Positions 10,956 through 20,631 of a stretch of 47,520 nt of DNA are shown one piece after another (positions within the stretch are counted from its first letter, which is position 1; the number at the start of each line of letters is the position of its first letter). The notes under the pieces are model-generated. The model was not told the origin of the DNA. It did not search any database and was given only the letters and a program-made list of their open reading frames with translations. Source of the DNA: an uncultured Thermoanaerobaculia bacterium. Its GTDB lineage: Bacteria > Acidobacteriota > Thermoanaerobaculia > Thermoanaerobaculales > Sulfomarinibacteraceae. The position numbers and the translations under genes were made by a program. Where the stretch lies: contig CAYRFI010000011.1 in NCBI GenBank assembly GCA_964423595.1, positions 15,826-63,345 on the forward strand, written 5' to 3'.

Positions 10956-11378
10956 TTACCAGCTTTCCTCCCCATCAACATCGTCGGGGTCGCTTTGCCA
11001 GCGGTCCCAGAAGGTGCGGCGTTTCTTACCGCCTTCACCCGGGGCGATCAAGTCGTGGACCTCGTCGAAGGTGGCAGCCCACGCACCGGGCGGCGGATCA
11101 TCGCCGACGACCAGCACCGTCGCGCGGTTGGGGTTGATCGGTTCACCGACCAGGACAATCGCTTCTTCCACCTCACCGAGTTTCGGCCCCCACAGAACGT
11201 GGGGAAGGAATGCGAGCTTTTGAAAGGTCCACAGATAGTCGTCAAGGATCTGGCGACGGCCCTCGTCGGCCACCCACACCACAACCCGCGCGCGAGCCTC
11301 GTAGAGCCGCGACAGCAGAGCCGTCAGCTCACCGGCTCGTTTCTCCGTCTTCAGTTCATGCAACTCCAAGCGCGCCAT
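10956..11378 (-). CDS. holC: DNA polymerase III subunit chi
   Basis: RVVVWVAD...LDDYLWTFQKLAFLPH matches the HolC LD..LW.F...SF.PH pattern; 140 aa. Confidence 0.78.
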   Translation of the reverse strand: MARLELHELKTEKRAGELTALLSRLYEARARVVVWVADEGRRQILDDYLWTFQKLAFLPHVLWGPKLGEVEEAIVLVGEPINPNRATVLVVGDDPPPGAWAATFDEVHDLIAPGEGGKKRRTFWDRWQSDPDDVDGEESW

Positions 11379-11512
11379 CGAGCGCGATTCTAACCGATCG
11401 GAGGTGACTCGGAGAGCCGCCAGCCCACAGCTGTCAGCTGATGCCTCGTCCTGCCTTGGATTTGCCACGAAGGCTGCACTCCGCCGCCATCAGGCCCTGT
11501 TATCTTGAAACC

Positions 11513-12823
11513 ATGAGCATTCTCGACGACGGACAATTCGCCTATGTGATCCGCGGTGGTCGCCCGATCCACGGCACACTGGTACCCGGCGGCAACAAGA
11601 ATGCCGCTCTGCCCATGCTGGCCGCAACGCTTCTCGCCGACGGCATCGTCGAGCTCACCAACGTCCCACAGATCCGCGACGTGGCGGTGATGCTGGAGTT
11701 GCTGTCGGAGCTCGGGGCCAGCGTTGAAGAGACGGCACCGTCGGCGTGGCACATCAACGCCTCGACGGTGTTCTCCCTCCCGGTTCCCGAGCGGTTGGCC
11801 TACGAAATCAGGGCCTCGTTCCTGCTCGCCGGTCCACTCCTGGCCCGCTTCGGGAGCGCCGAGCTGCCGCGGCCGGGAGGCGACCGCATCGGCCGCCGAC
11901 CGCTGGACGCCCACCTGCACGCGTTTCAGGCTCTCGGCGCCGAGGTCGAGGTTGGGTCTGACCGTTACCGCTTGAGAGCCCCCAGAGGTCTCATCGGCAG
12001 CGACATCTTTCTGCACGAGATGAGCGTCATGGCGACCGAGAATGCGGTCATGGCGGCGTCCCTCGCCGACGGCATCACCACCATCCGCAACGCCGCCTCG
12101 GAGCCCCACGTCCAGGAGCTCTGCCTCCTCGTCAACGCCATGGGGGGATCGGTCAAGGGCATCGGTACCAACACTCTCGAGGTCGAGGGCGCTCCGAAGC
12201 TCGGCGGCGCTACGGCAACGATCGGACCGGACCCACTCGAGGTCGGGAGCTTTATCGGCCTCGCAGCGGTCACCGGCGGCGAGCTACGGATCGTCGGCGC
12301 CGAGCCCGAGAAACACCATCGCATGACGGAGCTGTGTTTCGGTAGACTCGGCATCACCTGGCGGGTCGAAGGTAACGACATCGTCGTGCCCGCGGACCAG
12401 GAGCTGGTGATCCGCGAGGATATTCACGGCGCAATCCCGAAGATCGATGACGGACCCTGGCCGGCCTTCCCCGCCGATCTCACTTCGATCTCGGTCGTGC
12501 TCGCAACCCAGGCCCGTGGCACAATTCTGATCCACGAGAAGATGTTCGAGAGCCGCCTGTTCTGGGTCGACCGCCTGATCGCCATGGGCGCCCGCATCGT
12601 CCTCTGCGATCCCCACCGTGCGGTAGTCGTCGGCCCCTCGAAGCTCCGCGGTCAGAATCTGGCGAGTCCGGACATCCGCGCCGGTATGGCGCTGGTCATT
12701 GCAGCCCTGGTCGCCGGGGGTGAAAGCGTCATCCATAACGTCCGCCAGGTCGAACGGGGCTACCAGAACCTGCACGCGCGGCTGAGCGCGCTCGGCGCCG
12801 ATGTGGAGCGGATCGAGGAATAG
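11513..12823 (+). CDS. murA: UDP-N-acetylglucosamine 1-carboxyvinyltransferase
   Basis: GNKNAALP, RASFLLAGPLLAR, PGGDRIGRRPLD, SVMATEN, NAASEPH, PAFPADL, FESR, PDIRAG, RGY. Confidence 0.95.
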   Translation: MSILDDGQFAYVIRGGRPIHGTLVPGGNKNAALPMLAATLLADGIVELTNVPQIRDVAVMLELLSELGASVEETAPSAWHINASTVFSLPVPERLAYEIRASFLLAGPLLARFGSAELPRPGGDRIGRRPLDAHLHAFQALGAEVEVGSDRYRLRAPRGLIGSDIFLHEMSVMATENAVMAASLADGITTIRNAASEPHVQELCLLVNAMGGSVKGIGTNTLEVEGAPKLGGATATIGPDPLEVGSFIGLAAVTGGELRIVGAEPEKHHRMTELCFGRLGITWRVEGNDIVVPADQELVIREDIHGAIPKIDDGPWPAFPADLTSISVVLATQARGTILIHEKMFESRLFWVDRLIAMGARIVLCDPHRAVVVGPSKLRGQNLASPDIRAGMALVIAALVAGGESVIHNVRQVERGYQNLHARLSALGADVERIEE

Positions 12824-12873
12824 GCCCAAGGTCGGAGGAAACGCAGAGGCTTGGTCGCGGCCAAGACCAAAAT

Positions 12874-13650
12874 TCAACTCAGCCCCAGCCACAGTGGAAG
12901 ATCCGCGAGTGATTCGAGGATCGCATCGGGCGGTCGCTCGAGGCCCCTGAGGTGCTCTTCGCGAAAGGTGCCGGTCCGCACCGCCAACCCCTGGCAGCCG
13001 GCCCTCTGACCGCCCTCGACGTCGTTGATCAAACTGTCGCCGACGACGGCGACCCGATTCAGGGGAACTCCGATGTATTCAGCGGCGGCTGCAAAGAACG
13101 GCGTGCTGGGTTTTCCCACCAATACAGCATCTTTCTCGCTCGCATACTCCAGTGCGGCGACAAACGCCCCTGCATCGAGACACAGCCCGCCTCCCGGATC
13201 CCAGAAGCGGTTCTTCTGGATCGCGACCAGTGACGCGCCACGCCGGAGCGTGCGGAAGGCCCGATTGAGGCGATCGTAGGTCCACTCCTCACCGAGGTCG
13301 CCAACCACGACGTATTCCGGAGTCTCGTCATCGAGAGTGAATTCCTGAAATTCTTCAAAGGTCGATTCCGGCAGCAGGAGTGAGACTCTCTGCGCTCCGA
13401 CGCCCGCCAACCATCTCGACGTCGCGACCGGTGCAGTGAACAATTCCTCCGCCTTCACTTCCACCCCCATCACTGCGAGGCGGTTCACAATTTCGGATCG
13501 CGGCCGGCGGGTGGTGTTGGTGGCAAAACACAGCGGCACACCCGACCGCCGCAGCCGGACGACTGCATCGGCCGCGCCTGGAATGAGGTCGTCGTCAACG
13601 TAAACCGTCCCGTCGAGATCGAGGACGCAGCCGTCCGCAGGACGCATCAT
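12874..13650 (-). CDS. HAD-superfamily hydrolase subfamily IIA (LHPP/NagD-like)
   Basis: DLDGT, TNTT, VGKPS, VGDS...DVEG, VRTG. Confidence 0.9.
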   Translation of the reverse strand: MMRPADGCVLDLDGTVYVDDDLIPGAADAVVRLRRSGVPLCFATNTTRRPRSEIVNRLAVMGVEVKAEELFTAPVATSRWLAGVGAQRVSLLLPESTFEEFQEFTLDDETPEYVVVGDLGEEWTYDRLNRAFRTLRRGASLVAIQKNRFWDPGGGLCLDAGAFVAALEYASEKDAVLVGKPSTPFFAAAAEYIGVPLNRVAVVGDSLINDVEGGQRAGCQGLAVRTGTFREEHLRGLERPPDAILESLADLPLWLGLS

Positions 13651-14786
13651 TCCTCCGCGATGGCCTTGAGAAGGTCCTCTCCAAACACCTCGAGCCGCCA
13701 GCCTTCAACTCCTGCTGCCGAAAGGTCCTGCACGGTCGTACACAACGGTTTTCGCGACGACACCACCTCGGCCACGCCACGTGAACAGAGCAGCCCGGCC
13801 TGAATCCCCAGCTCCTCGGCTTTCGCATCTCGGGCCGCGAGCAACCTTTTGAGCCGTCTGCGTTGCGATGCGTCCGGTGTTGGCGGCCGCGGCGGCCGCA
13901 CCCGCGCTGGGGCCCGGCGCGGACGATCGATCAGGCGGAGGAGGTCGCGCCCCCAGCGGCGGACCGCACGTGGCCCCACCCCCTCGACCTCGCCGAGCTC
14001 TTCGAGATCCGATGGCGGTTTTTCGGCCATCGCCAGCAGCGGCTTGTTGCCGAGGATTTTGAATGGCGGGATGTCTCCTGAACGAGCGCACCGATCTCGC
14101 CACTGGTGGAGAGAAAACAGGCGGTCCCGAGCAACGCCGCGGAGGCCACGCGCACCCTTGATGCGCTCGAACGCCAGCGGATCGGGGTCGACCGGCGTGT
14201 AGCGGACATTCTCCAACTTTCCGAATTCCTCCACCGCCCATGTCCATCGTTCGAGTTCCCTGAGTCGGGCTGTGAGGCGATCGACCAGTTCACCGAGGTG
14301 GGCGGTGTCGGCGGCGGCGTACGCGAGCTGGCCGGCATGCAGCGGGCGGCATCCCCAGTCCGCTCTCTGGTACTTCTTGTCGAGAAGGACCCCGAGCTCC
14401 TTTTCCAACAGGGCGGCGAGGCCGGTCTTCTCCTCACCGAGGAGTTGCGCCATGATCTGCGTGTCCTGGAGCCCTGCAATCCGGACGCCGTGATCCCGAT
14501 CGAGGATTCGGATGTCGTAGTCCGCGCCGTGCATCAAGACCGGTACTGCCGGATCGCTCACCACCTCCCACAGCGGCCGCAGATCGCCAGGCTCGACGGC
14601 CAAGGGGTCGATCACCATGTCGTGGCCGTTGGCACTGATCTGAACCAGACACACCTTGTGAAAAAAGGAGTGCATCGAGTCGGCTTCGGTGTCGAGAGCG
14701 ATCCGTCTCGCGGCGGCGCACCTCGCGGCAGCCTCACGCACACCGTCCGGTGTGTCGATCCAGAGAGGTCGCAGTTCGGATGACAT
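13647..14786 (-). CDS. rnd: Ribonuclease D (DEDDy exonuclease plus HRDC)
   Basis: ALDTEAD, CLVQI, HGADYDI, DTQI, QRADW..RPL...QLAYAAAD, HRDC WRD..AR..DIPPFKIL. Confidence 0.9.
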   Translation of the reverse strand: MSSELRPLWIDTPDGVREAAARCAAARRIALDTEADSMHSFFHKVCLVQISANGHDMVIDPLAVEPGDLRPLWEVVSDPAVPVLMHGADYDIRILDRDHGVRIAGLQDTQIMAQLLGEEKTGLAALLEKELGVLLDKKYQRADWGCRPLHAGQLAYAAADTAHLGELVDRLTARLRELERWTWAVEEFGKLENVRYTPVDPDPLAFERIKGARGLRGVARDRLFSLHQWRDRCARSGDIPPFKILGNKPLLAMAEKPPSDLEELGEVEGVGPRAVRRWGRDLLRLIDRPRRAPARVRPPRPPTPDASQRRRLKRLLAARDAKAEELGIQAGLLCSRGVAEVVSSRKPLCTTVQDLSAAGVEGWRLEVFGEDLLKAIAEE

Positions 14787-14806
14787 GGGTGGGGATGGTA
14801 GCAGAG

Positions 14807-14861
14807 TTCCGTCTCCGTCTCCGTGCCCGATCGGAGACGGAGAGGGGCGCGGAGACGGGAA
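14807..14861. repeat. 6-mer-period palindromic cassette (ccgtct)n ... (cggaga)n
   Basis: ttccgtctccgtctccgtgcccga tcggagacggagaggggcgcggagacgggaa, between divergent genes. Confidence 0.65.
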
Positions 14862-14878
14862 TCAGCTATCCTCACCGC

Positions 14879-15643
14879 ATGGGCAAAGCCGAATGGGGAG
14901 TCGACCCCGAGTTCTTCGGGCCGCGACACGCACATCGCGAAGGCCGTATCACCTCGCGGCTGCGGCGGCATGTCTCCGTTCCCGGCCTCCACCTCGAGTG
15001 CGCAGCCGGCGTTGGATCCCTTTCTCTCACGCTTGCCCACACGGGGCACACAGTCATCGCGGCCGACCAATCGCTGCGTTCTCTGCGCGTGCTTGCCGAG
15101 CGCGCCGAATCCATCGGGACAGCTCAACGGGTCCTGCCGGTGGTTGCCGACATCACCAATCTTCCGTTCCCTAGCGACGCCTTTGCCAGCGCCACCAGCG
15201 CCGAAACCCTGGAGCACATCCCGAACCATGAGGATGCCGTTGCCGAGCTCGCGCGCGTGCTCGCGCCCGGAGGATGGCTGGTGGGCACGGTACCGGCTGG
15301 TCCCAGACAGTGGTCGGATTGGGACGAGTGGGCAGGTCATCTGAGACGCTACTCTGCTGCCGAGATGAGAGGGATCCTGACAGCCGCCGGCCTCAAGCCA
15401 GAGGTCGACGTTTGGGGATGGCCTCTCCTCCGACTCTACGACGAGTTCTTCCTCAAACCGGTCAATCGTCGCCGCCTTCTTCACGACGGTGCGGTCGACG
15501 GCGATCCCGCCTTGAGCACCGTTTCATCTCTCGGCCGCAGACGCTGGCTCGTCGCTCTGGTGCGTTCGGTCTTCGGCTTTGACCGCCTCTTCGACGACGC
15601 ACCGTGGGGCGTCGGGCTCATGTTCGCCGCCCGCAAGCGGTGA
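14879..15643 (+). CDS. Class I SAM-dependent methyltransferase (Methyltransf_11-like)
   Basis: LECAAGVG (motif I variant), ADITNLPF, ETLEHIP, ELARVLAPGG, GHLRRY. Confidence 0.85.
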   Translation: MGKAEWGVDPEFFGPRHAHREGRITSRLRRHVSVPGLHLECAAGVGSLSLTLAHTGHTVIAADQSLRSLRVLAERAESIGTAQRVLPVVADITNLPFPSDAFASATSAETLEHIPNHEDAVAELARVLAPGGWLVGTVPAGPRQWSDWDEWAGHLRRYSAAEMRGILTAAGLKPEVDVWGWPLLRLYDEFFLKPVNRRRLLHDGAVDGDPALSTVSSLGRRRWLVALVRSVFGFDRLFDDAPWGVGLMFAARKR

Positions 15644-15698
15644 TGCGTCCGGATGAAAAACAACCGCGACCTCCGAACGGTTGTCGCGTGCGGGGTGG

Positions 15699-15860
15699 AA
15701 AAAAACGCAGAGGTGCGGAGGCGCAGAGTCACAGAGGGTTTCAATAGAGGAGCGCGGGTACGATCAAGGGATCCCTTCGATCGACTCCTAAGGGCAAACG
15801 CCCTCATCCCAAAGGATTATCTCTGCGCCTCTGCATCTCTGTGTCTCTGCGTTTTTTTTT
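15699..15860. repeat. 9-mer-period inverted-repeat element (cgcagag arms) with structured interior
   Basis: Left arm aaaaaaacgcagaggtgcggaggcgcagagtcacagag; right arm ctctgcgcctctgcatctctgtgtctctgcgttttttttt. Confidence 0.75.
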
Positions 15861-16031
15861 GGGTGGCCGGAAAGAGAGAACTACGGAATCACTACCGGCG
15901 GTGGCTACGGCGAGTGGCGCCCGTCGACGCTCTCCGTTTGAGTTCCGTTGCGTCGGACTCGCACGCGGGCCACCAGGGTTCTTCCCCGGTTGTCGGTCAG
16001 CACCGTTCGCAGCAGCCGATCGATCCCCGGA

Positions 16032-16763
16032 TCAACGGCGCGCCCGGAACAGTGTTTCCCGCTGTTCTTTCGGGAGATACTTGGAACCCTCTCGCAGGGT
16101 GAGTCCCGAAACCTCGTGGACATGCTCCGCGAGAAAAGCGAAGGCGAGGTCCGGCCGCTTCTTGCTGACGTCTCGGAGGACCCAGCCGATCGCCTTGCGG
16201 ATGAAGAACTCCTTCTCCCCCACCATGCGCGACGCGAACGACGCAAAGAGTCCGAAATCGCCGCCACCGGCGCGAAGAGCCGGCAGCTGGGCGAGCATGG
16301 AGGCGCGCCGGACCCAGAAATCTCCGTCCCGGGACCATCTTTCGAGCACGACCGCGGCGGAATCGGGTTGACGTTCAACCAGAGGCGCCGCCACCTTGGT
16401 ACAGAGCCAGTCCACCAAGGCCCAGGTATGCGAACGGCGCAGAAGATCTTCGACGAGTTCGAGATCTCCGGCAACGAGATCACCCGGGCGGCGCTCGAGC
16501 AGCGCCACTGCGACAGCCCTGAGTTCGAAGATCGGCCGCTGCCAGAGTGCCTGCACGATTTCGAGGAGCGCGCTGCGATCGATCTCGGGATGACCCGCGG
16601 AAAAGGCGCCGGCCACCGCGCGCAAAGGTCGTGCCGCGACACCGATGAACTCAAGGTCGATCTTCAGGTAGGCCTTTGCGCCGACCGCCCTCTTCTCGTC
16701 GCCAACGGCGCGAAGATCGTGTTCGAGCTCTTCAACCAGGGGAGCCGTTTGCAGATTATGCAT
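16032..16763 (-). CDS. DNA alkylation repair protein (AlkD-like HEAT-repeat glycosylase)
   Basis: AYLK...F.GV, TWALVD, WSRDGDFWVRR, EFFIRKAIGWVLRD, LSGL-like SGLTLREG.KYL. Confidence 0.87.
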   Translation of the reverse strand: MHNLQTAPLVEELEHDLRAVGDEKRAVGAKAYLKIDLEFIGVAARPLRAVAGAFSAGHPEIDRSALLEIVQALWQRPIFELRAVAVALLERRPGDLVAGDLELVEDLLRRSHTWALVDWLCTKVAAPLVERQPDSAAVVLERWSRDGDFWVRRASMLAQLPALRAGGGDFGLFASFASRMVGEKEFFIRKAIGWVLRDVSKKRPDLAFAFLAEHVHEVSGLTLREGSKYLPKEQRETLFRARR

Positions 16764-17613
16764 TTTCAGAGATGCTGCGATGCCAACCGTTGATCGTCGC
16801 TGCGACGGCTGTTGGTTGTTCCATGGGTAGGAAGTGTGTCGTGTCGGGGAGCTCGGTGATCGTCGCGTTCGGCAGCTCGCGGCGGATTTTTTTTGCCGCA
16901 CCCGTGAGAAAGGTATCCGATGACGCGCCACGAATAACCAATATCGGCACCTTCAGCTGACGGAGATCCGACCACACCGACGCCGGTGTGAGCTCGAAAA
17001 CCCTCGATTCCCAGGTCTTCGAATAGCGGAGCATGACCTGGCCATCTTCCGTTTCGCTGAATGCCGCCTGGACATAATCCTCGAGCACCTCCGAGTCCCA
17101 CGTCGAGAACACCGATTTCCCGGCATACGCGACGCGGACGGCCTCGAGGTCCGGGAAGCGCTCCCGCCGCCGTCGCGCGCCGCGGATCAAGGGTAGGCGA
17201 TGGCTGAAACCGAGACTTTTGAGGCTTCCCCAGAAAAGCGCGTGGAGACCGCTGAAAACTACCGGATCGACCAGGGCAAGAGCGCTGAAGAGCGAAGCGT
17301 CGGTGGCGGCCGCCATGATCGAGAGGGCGCCGCCAAGGCTGTGGCCTACTCCGACAACTCGCTGGAACCCGCGCTGAGCCATGGCCCGACGATAGTCCAC
17401 AACGAGGTCTCTCCACGAGGTGATAGACGAGGGATCGCTCTCCGGCCACAAGGGGCGTGCGGCGAACGCCATCACCCGGAATTGGCGGCTCAACTCGTCG
17501 AGTAACAACCTGTAGGTAGCCGGGGGAAAGCCGTTGGCGTGGGCAAAAACGAGTGCCGGACCGTCACCCCCCCACTCTGACCAGGCTTCCTTCGGAGCCG
17601 TGGAGCTGCTCAC
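16756..17613 (-). CDS. Alpha/beta hydrolase
   Basis: HANGF, GHSLGG nucleophile elbow, GASSD, HFLPMEQP. Confidence 0.88.
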   Translation of the reverse strand: MSSSTAPKEAWSEWGGDGPALVFAHANGFPPATYRLLLDELSRQFRVMAFAARPLWPESDPSSITSWRDLVVDYRRAMAQRGFQRVVGVGHSLGGALSIMAAATDASLFSALALVDPVVFSGLHALFWGSLKSLGFSHRLPLIRGARRRRERFPDLEAVRVAYAGKSVFSTWDSEVLEDYVQAAFSETEDGQVMLRYSKTWESRVFELTPASVWSDLRQLKVPILVIRGASSDTFLTGAAKKIRRELPNATITELPDTTHFLPMEQPTAVAATINGWHRSISENA

Positions 17614-17624
17614 GAGGCAGCCTT

Positions 17625-18809
17625 TCAGATCACTCCCAACTTGCGACCGACGGATTCGAATGCGGAGACGGCGCGATCGAGGTGCTCACGCTCGTGGGCG
17701 GCCGAGATTTGGACCCGAATTCGCGCCTGACCCTTGGGTACCACGGGGAAGGAAAAGCCGATGACGTAGATTCCCTCGTCGAGCATCGCGTTGGCGACGT
17801 CGGTGGCGAGCCTGGCGTCGTAGAGCATCACCGGCACGATTGCCGTCTGACCCTCGAGCAGGTCGTAGCCGACGTTCGAAAGCTTGTCCCGGAAGTAACG
17901 GGTGTTGTCCATCAGCTTTTCGCGCAGCGCGGTTGTTTCCGAAAGCATGCGGAAGACCTCGATGCCGGCCGCCGCCAATGAAGGAGTCAAGGTGTTGGAG
18001 AAGAGGTACGGCCGCGAACGCTGACGCAGCAGATCGACGATCTCTTGCCGGCCGGTGGTGTAACCACCGGAGGCGCCGCCGAGCGCCTTGCCGAGGGTCG
18101 ATGTGATGACGTCGACTCGACCCTGCACGCCGCAGTGTTCGGGGGTACCGCGCCCGGTCTTGCCGATGTAGCCGGTGGCGTGGGAGTCGTCGACCATCAC
18201 CATTGCGTTGTATCGATCGGCCAGATCACAGATCTGGTCGAGCTTGACCAGGTATCCGTCCATCGAAAAGACGCCGTCCGTGGCGATCAAGCGCCGGCGA
18301 TGGTTCTGTGTTTTTTCGAGGATTGCCTCGAGCTCGCCCATGTCCGAGTTTGCGTAACGAAACCTCTCCGCCTTGCACAGACGAACGCCGTCGATGATCG
18401 ACGCGTGGTTGAGCAGGTCGGAAATGATGGCGTCATCCTTTCCAAGGATTGTCTCGAAAAGACCGGCGTTGGCATCAAAACACGATGAGTAGAGGATCGT
18501 ATCGTCGGTGCCGTTGAAGGAGCTGATGGAGTTCTCGAGCTCCTTGTGCAGGTCCTGGGTGCCGCAGATGAAGCGGACCGAGGCCATCCCGAACCCCCGC
18601 TCGTCAAGGGCCCGCTTGGCCCGGGCTATGATCTCGGGGTTGTCGGCTAGACCCAGATAGTTATTTGCGCAGAAGTTGAGGACCTCCCCCTGCGCCACGT
18701 CGATGGCCGCACTCTGCGGCGATGAAATGATCCGTTCTTCCTTGTAGGTGCCCGCCTTGCGAATCGCTTCGATCTCCTCACGAAAACCCGCTCGAAAGCT
18801 GTCGAACAT
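17625..18809 (-). CDS. kbl: Glycine C-acetyltransferase (2-amino-3-ketobutyrate CoA ligase)
   Basis: [68 protein letters not shown]. Confidence 0.95.
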   Translation of the reverse strand: MFDSFRAGFREEIEAIRKAGTYKEERIISSPQSAAIDVAQGEVLNFCANNYLGLADNPEIIARAKRALDERGFGMASVRFICGTQDLHKELENSISSFNGTDDTILYSSCFDANAGLFETILGKDDAIISDLLNHASIIDGVRLCKAERFRYANSDMGELEAILEKTQNHRRRLIATDGVFSMDGYLVKLDQICDLADRYNAMVMVDDSHATGYIGKTGRGTPEHCGVQGRVDVITSTLGKALGGASGGYTTGRQEIVDLLRQRSRPYLFSNTLTPSLAAAGIEVFRMLSETTALREKLMDNTRYFRDKLSNVGYDLLEGQTAIVPVMLYDARLATDVANAMLDEGIYVIGFSFPVVPKGQARIRVQISAAHEREHLDRAVSAFESVGRKLGVI

Positions 18810-18892
18810 GAACCCACCCCCTGTCAATGATGTTCACGACGCGGTCACGCTGACGGAGAACATCGACGGCGCCTATCCGCTGGCGAACCGAG

Positions 18893-19237
18893 TCAGTTCG
18901 TCTGAAAGCTCGCAATGGCCTCGGTCTCTTCGTCAAAGACCTCGAGCAACGGTAGGAGCTGGGTCAGCCTCAGCGTGCGTTGAATCTGTGGTGCCGGGCG
19001 CAGCAGCTTGACCGAAGCGCCGAATCGCCGTCCGAGCTTCCAACCCGAAACGACCTCGCCAATGCCCGAGCTATCGATGATTGTGACCTTGCGCAGGTTG
19101 AGGAGGATCTTCTTCCAATCCTCCGCGATGAGCTCGTTCATCACATCACGGAGGAGCTCGTCGCCGACCCCCATCACGAGCCGTCCTTCGAGGTCAACAA
19201 TGATCACGTCATCCACGTGCCGAACATCGACTTTCAT
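18893..19237 (-). CDS. STAS-domain anti-sigma factor antagonist
   Basis: IVDLEGRL, ILLNL..V..IDSSGIGE, LTQL...LEVF. Confidence 0.9.
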   Translation of the reverse strand: MKVDVRHVDDVIIVDLEGRLVMGVGDELLRDVMNELIAEDWKKILLNLRKVTIIDSSGIGEVVSGWKLGRRFGASVKLLRPAPQIQRTLRLTQLLPLLEVFDEETEAIASFQTN

Positions 19238-19266
19238 GGCGCGTATCTTAGCACCCACCCGCACGC

Positions 19267-19370
19267 CCAGATGCCAGATGCCAGATGCGGCAGGACGCGA
19301 ATCCTCTTCCTCACGTGCCAAAGGGGGGGTGAGCGGATCTGGTATCCGTCATCTGGTATCTGGTATCCGG
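19267..19370. repeat. 7-mer-period head-to-head cassette (ccagatg)3 ... (yatctgg)5
   Basis: ccagatg x3 at 19267-19287; gatctgg tatccgt catctgg tatctgg tatccgg at 19336-19370. Confidence 0.75.
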
Positions 19371-19383
19371 GTGGGTGGTGGGG

Positions 19384-20631
19384 TCAGCGCGTTTCGATCG
19401 GGTTGAGACCGGGTTCTTCGGCCCGAAACACCTGGTTACGTCCGCCTGTCTTCGCGCGATACAGGGCATTGTCAGCCGCCTGCATCAGCTCGACCTGCTC
19501 GGAGGCGTCGTCCGGGAACACCGCCACGCCACCGGAGATTGTCACCTTACCGAGTGGTTGCGTGGCCCCACCTTCGAAGGGGTAATCCTCGATGCGCTTC
19601 CTGACCATCCCGGCAGCTTTCATCGCCTGCGCACCGGTACGGTTGGGCATCACGAGTAGAAACTCCTCGCCACCGAACCTACCGAAAACGTCATCGGCCC
19701 GTACGGTGTCCTTCACCAGTTCCGCGAGCAGCGACAGCAGTCGATCGCCAGCGAGGTGGCCGTTGGTGTCGTTGTAGATCTTGAAGTTGTCGAGATCGAA
19801 CATGAAGATCGCAGCCTTGCCGCCAGTCGTGCGAGCTTCGTGAAGCGCCAGCCCAAGGCGGCGCAACAATGCGCCCTTGTTGAAGATCTTGGTCAGCTTG
19901 TCGATCTCGGCTTCGACCTCTTTGCTGCGGTAGGCCTGGACATTCTTCCACGTCAGAGCGCCGATGCGGGCGATCATCTCGAGAACGTCGCGTTCACTCT
20001 CGTGGTGGCGGTCTGGACGCGAGATCGCCAGCACACCGAGGGTGTCGCCACCGGCGATCATTGGTGCCACGATGTCGTACTTGGGCTCCACCGTGACCTT
20101 GGAGCGCTCGTAGGCGGCCAACTGATCTTCCTCGAAGTCCTTGCGAACCATCACGTGACCCCGTTCGGCGGCCAGCCCTACCTGCCCCTCACCGAACTTG
20201 AACTCCATCCCGACCTTGAGCGCGCTGCGAATCGAGTGCAGGGCTACAACTGAAAGACGTTGCCCCTCGAGTCCGTCAGCGCCTGGAGCGCCACGTTTCA
20301 CGAGGACCGCCGCAACCTCGGGTTGGAAGATGCGAACAACCGCGCTGAGGAGAGCTTTGGGGATCATCCGAACTTGCCGCTCGGCATGCATTTCTCCAAC
20401 CAGCTGCGCAAAGATCCGGAAGAATTCGACCAGAAAATTGAGGTCTTGTTCGATCCGCCGGAACTTCCGCGCCGCCTCCTCTCCGATGTCTTTGGCTTGT
20501 TTCTCAGCCGCCTGGCGCTCAGCCGAAGCACGACGCAGAGCCACAAGCACCGCGAGCAACACGAGCACCAGGGCCGGCACCAACGCCATCGCAATCAGAG
20601 CGATCGGCGGCCACTGAGATAGTCCGGTCAA
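19384..20631 (-). CDS. Membrane-anchored GAF + GGDEF diguanylate cyclase
   Basis: N-terminal TM helix, GAF-like region, DLDNFK.YND..GH..GD, RADD I-site, GGEEF, ADNALYRAK..GRN. Confidence 0.9.
   Translation of the reverse strand: MTGLSQWPPIALIAMALVPALVLVLLAVLVALRRASAERQAAEKQAKDIGEEAARKFRRIEQDLNFLVEFFRIFAQLVGEMHAERQVRMIPKALLSAVVRIFQPEVAAVLVKRGAPGADGLEGQRLSVVALHSIRSALKVGMEFKFGEGQVGLAAERGHVMVRKDFEEDQLAAYERSKVTVEPKYDIVAPMIAGGDTLGVLAISRPDRHHESERDVLEMIARIGALTWKNVQAYRSKEVEAEIDKLTKIFNKGALLRRLGLALHEARTTGGKAAIFMFDLDNFKIYNDTNGHLAGDRLLSLLAELVKDTVRADDVFGRFGGEEFLLVMPNRTGAQAMKAAGMVRKRIEDYPFEGGATQPLGKVTISGGVAVFPDDASEQVELMQAADNALYRAKTGGRNQVFRAEEPGLNPIETR

Noticed and set aside
15790-15817. GGCAAAC suggestive of a c-di-GMP-I riboswitch
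   Set aside because: The downstream GAAA stem and GACGCAAAG elements are absent; it is a simple hairpin inside a repeat element.
15905-16031. Possible gene remnant downstream of the AlkD-like gene
   Set aside because: Too short, with no recognisable family or start.
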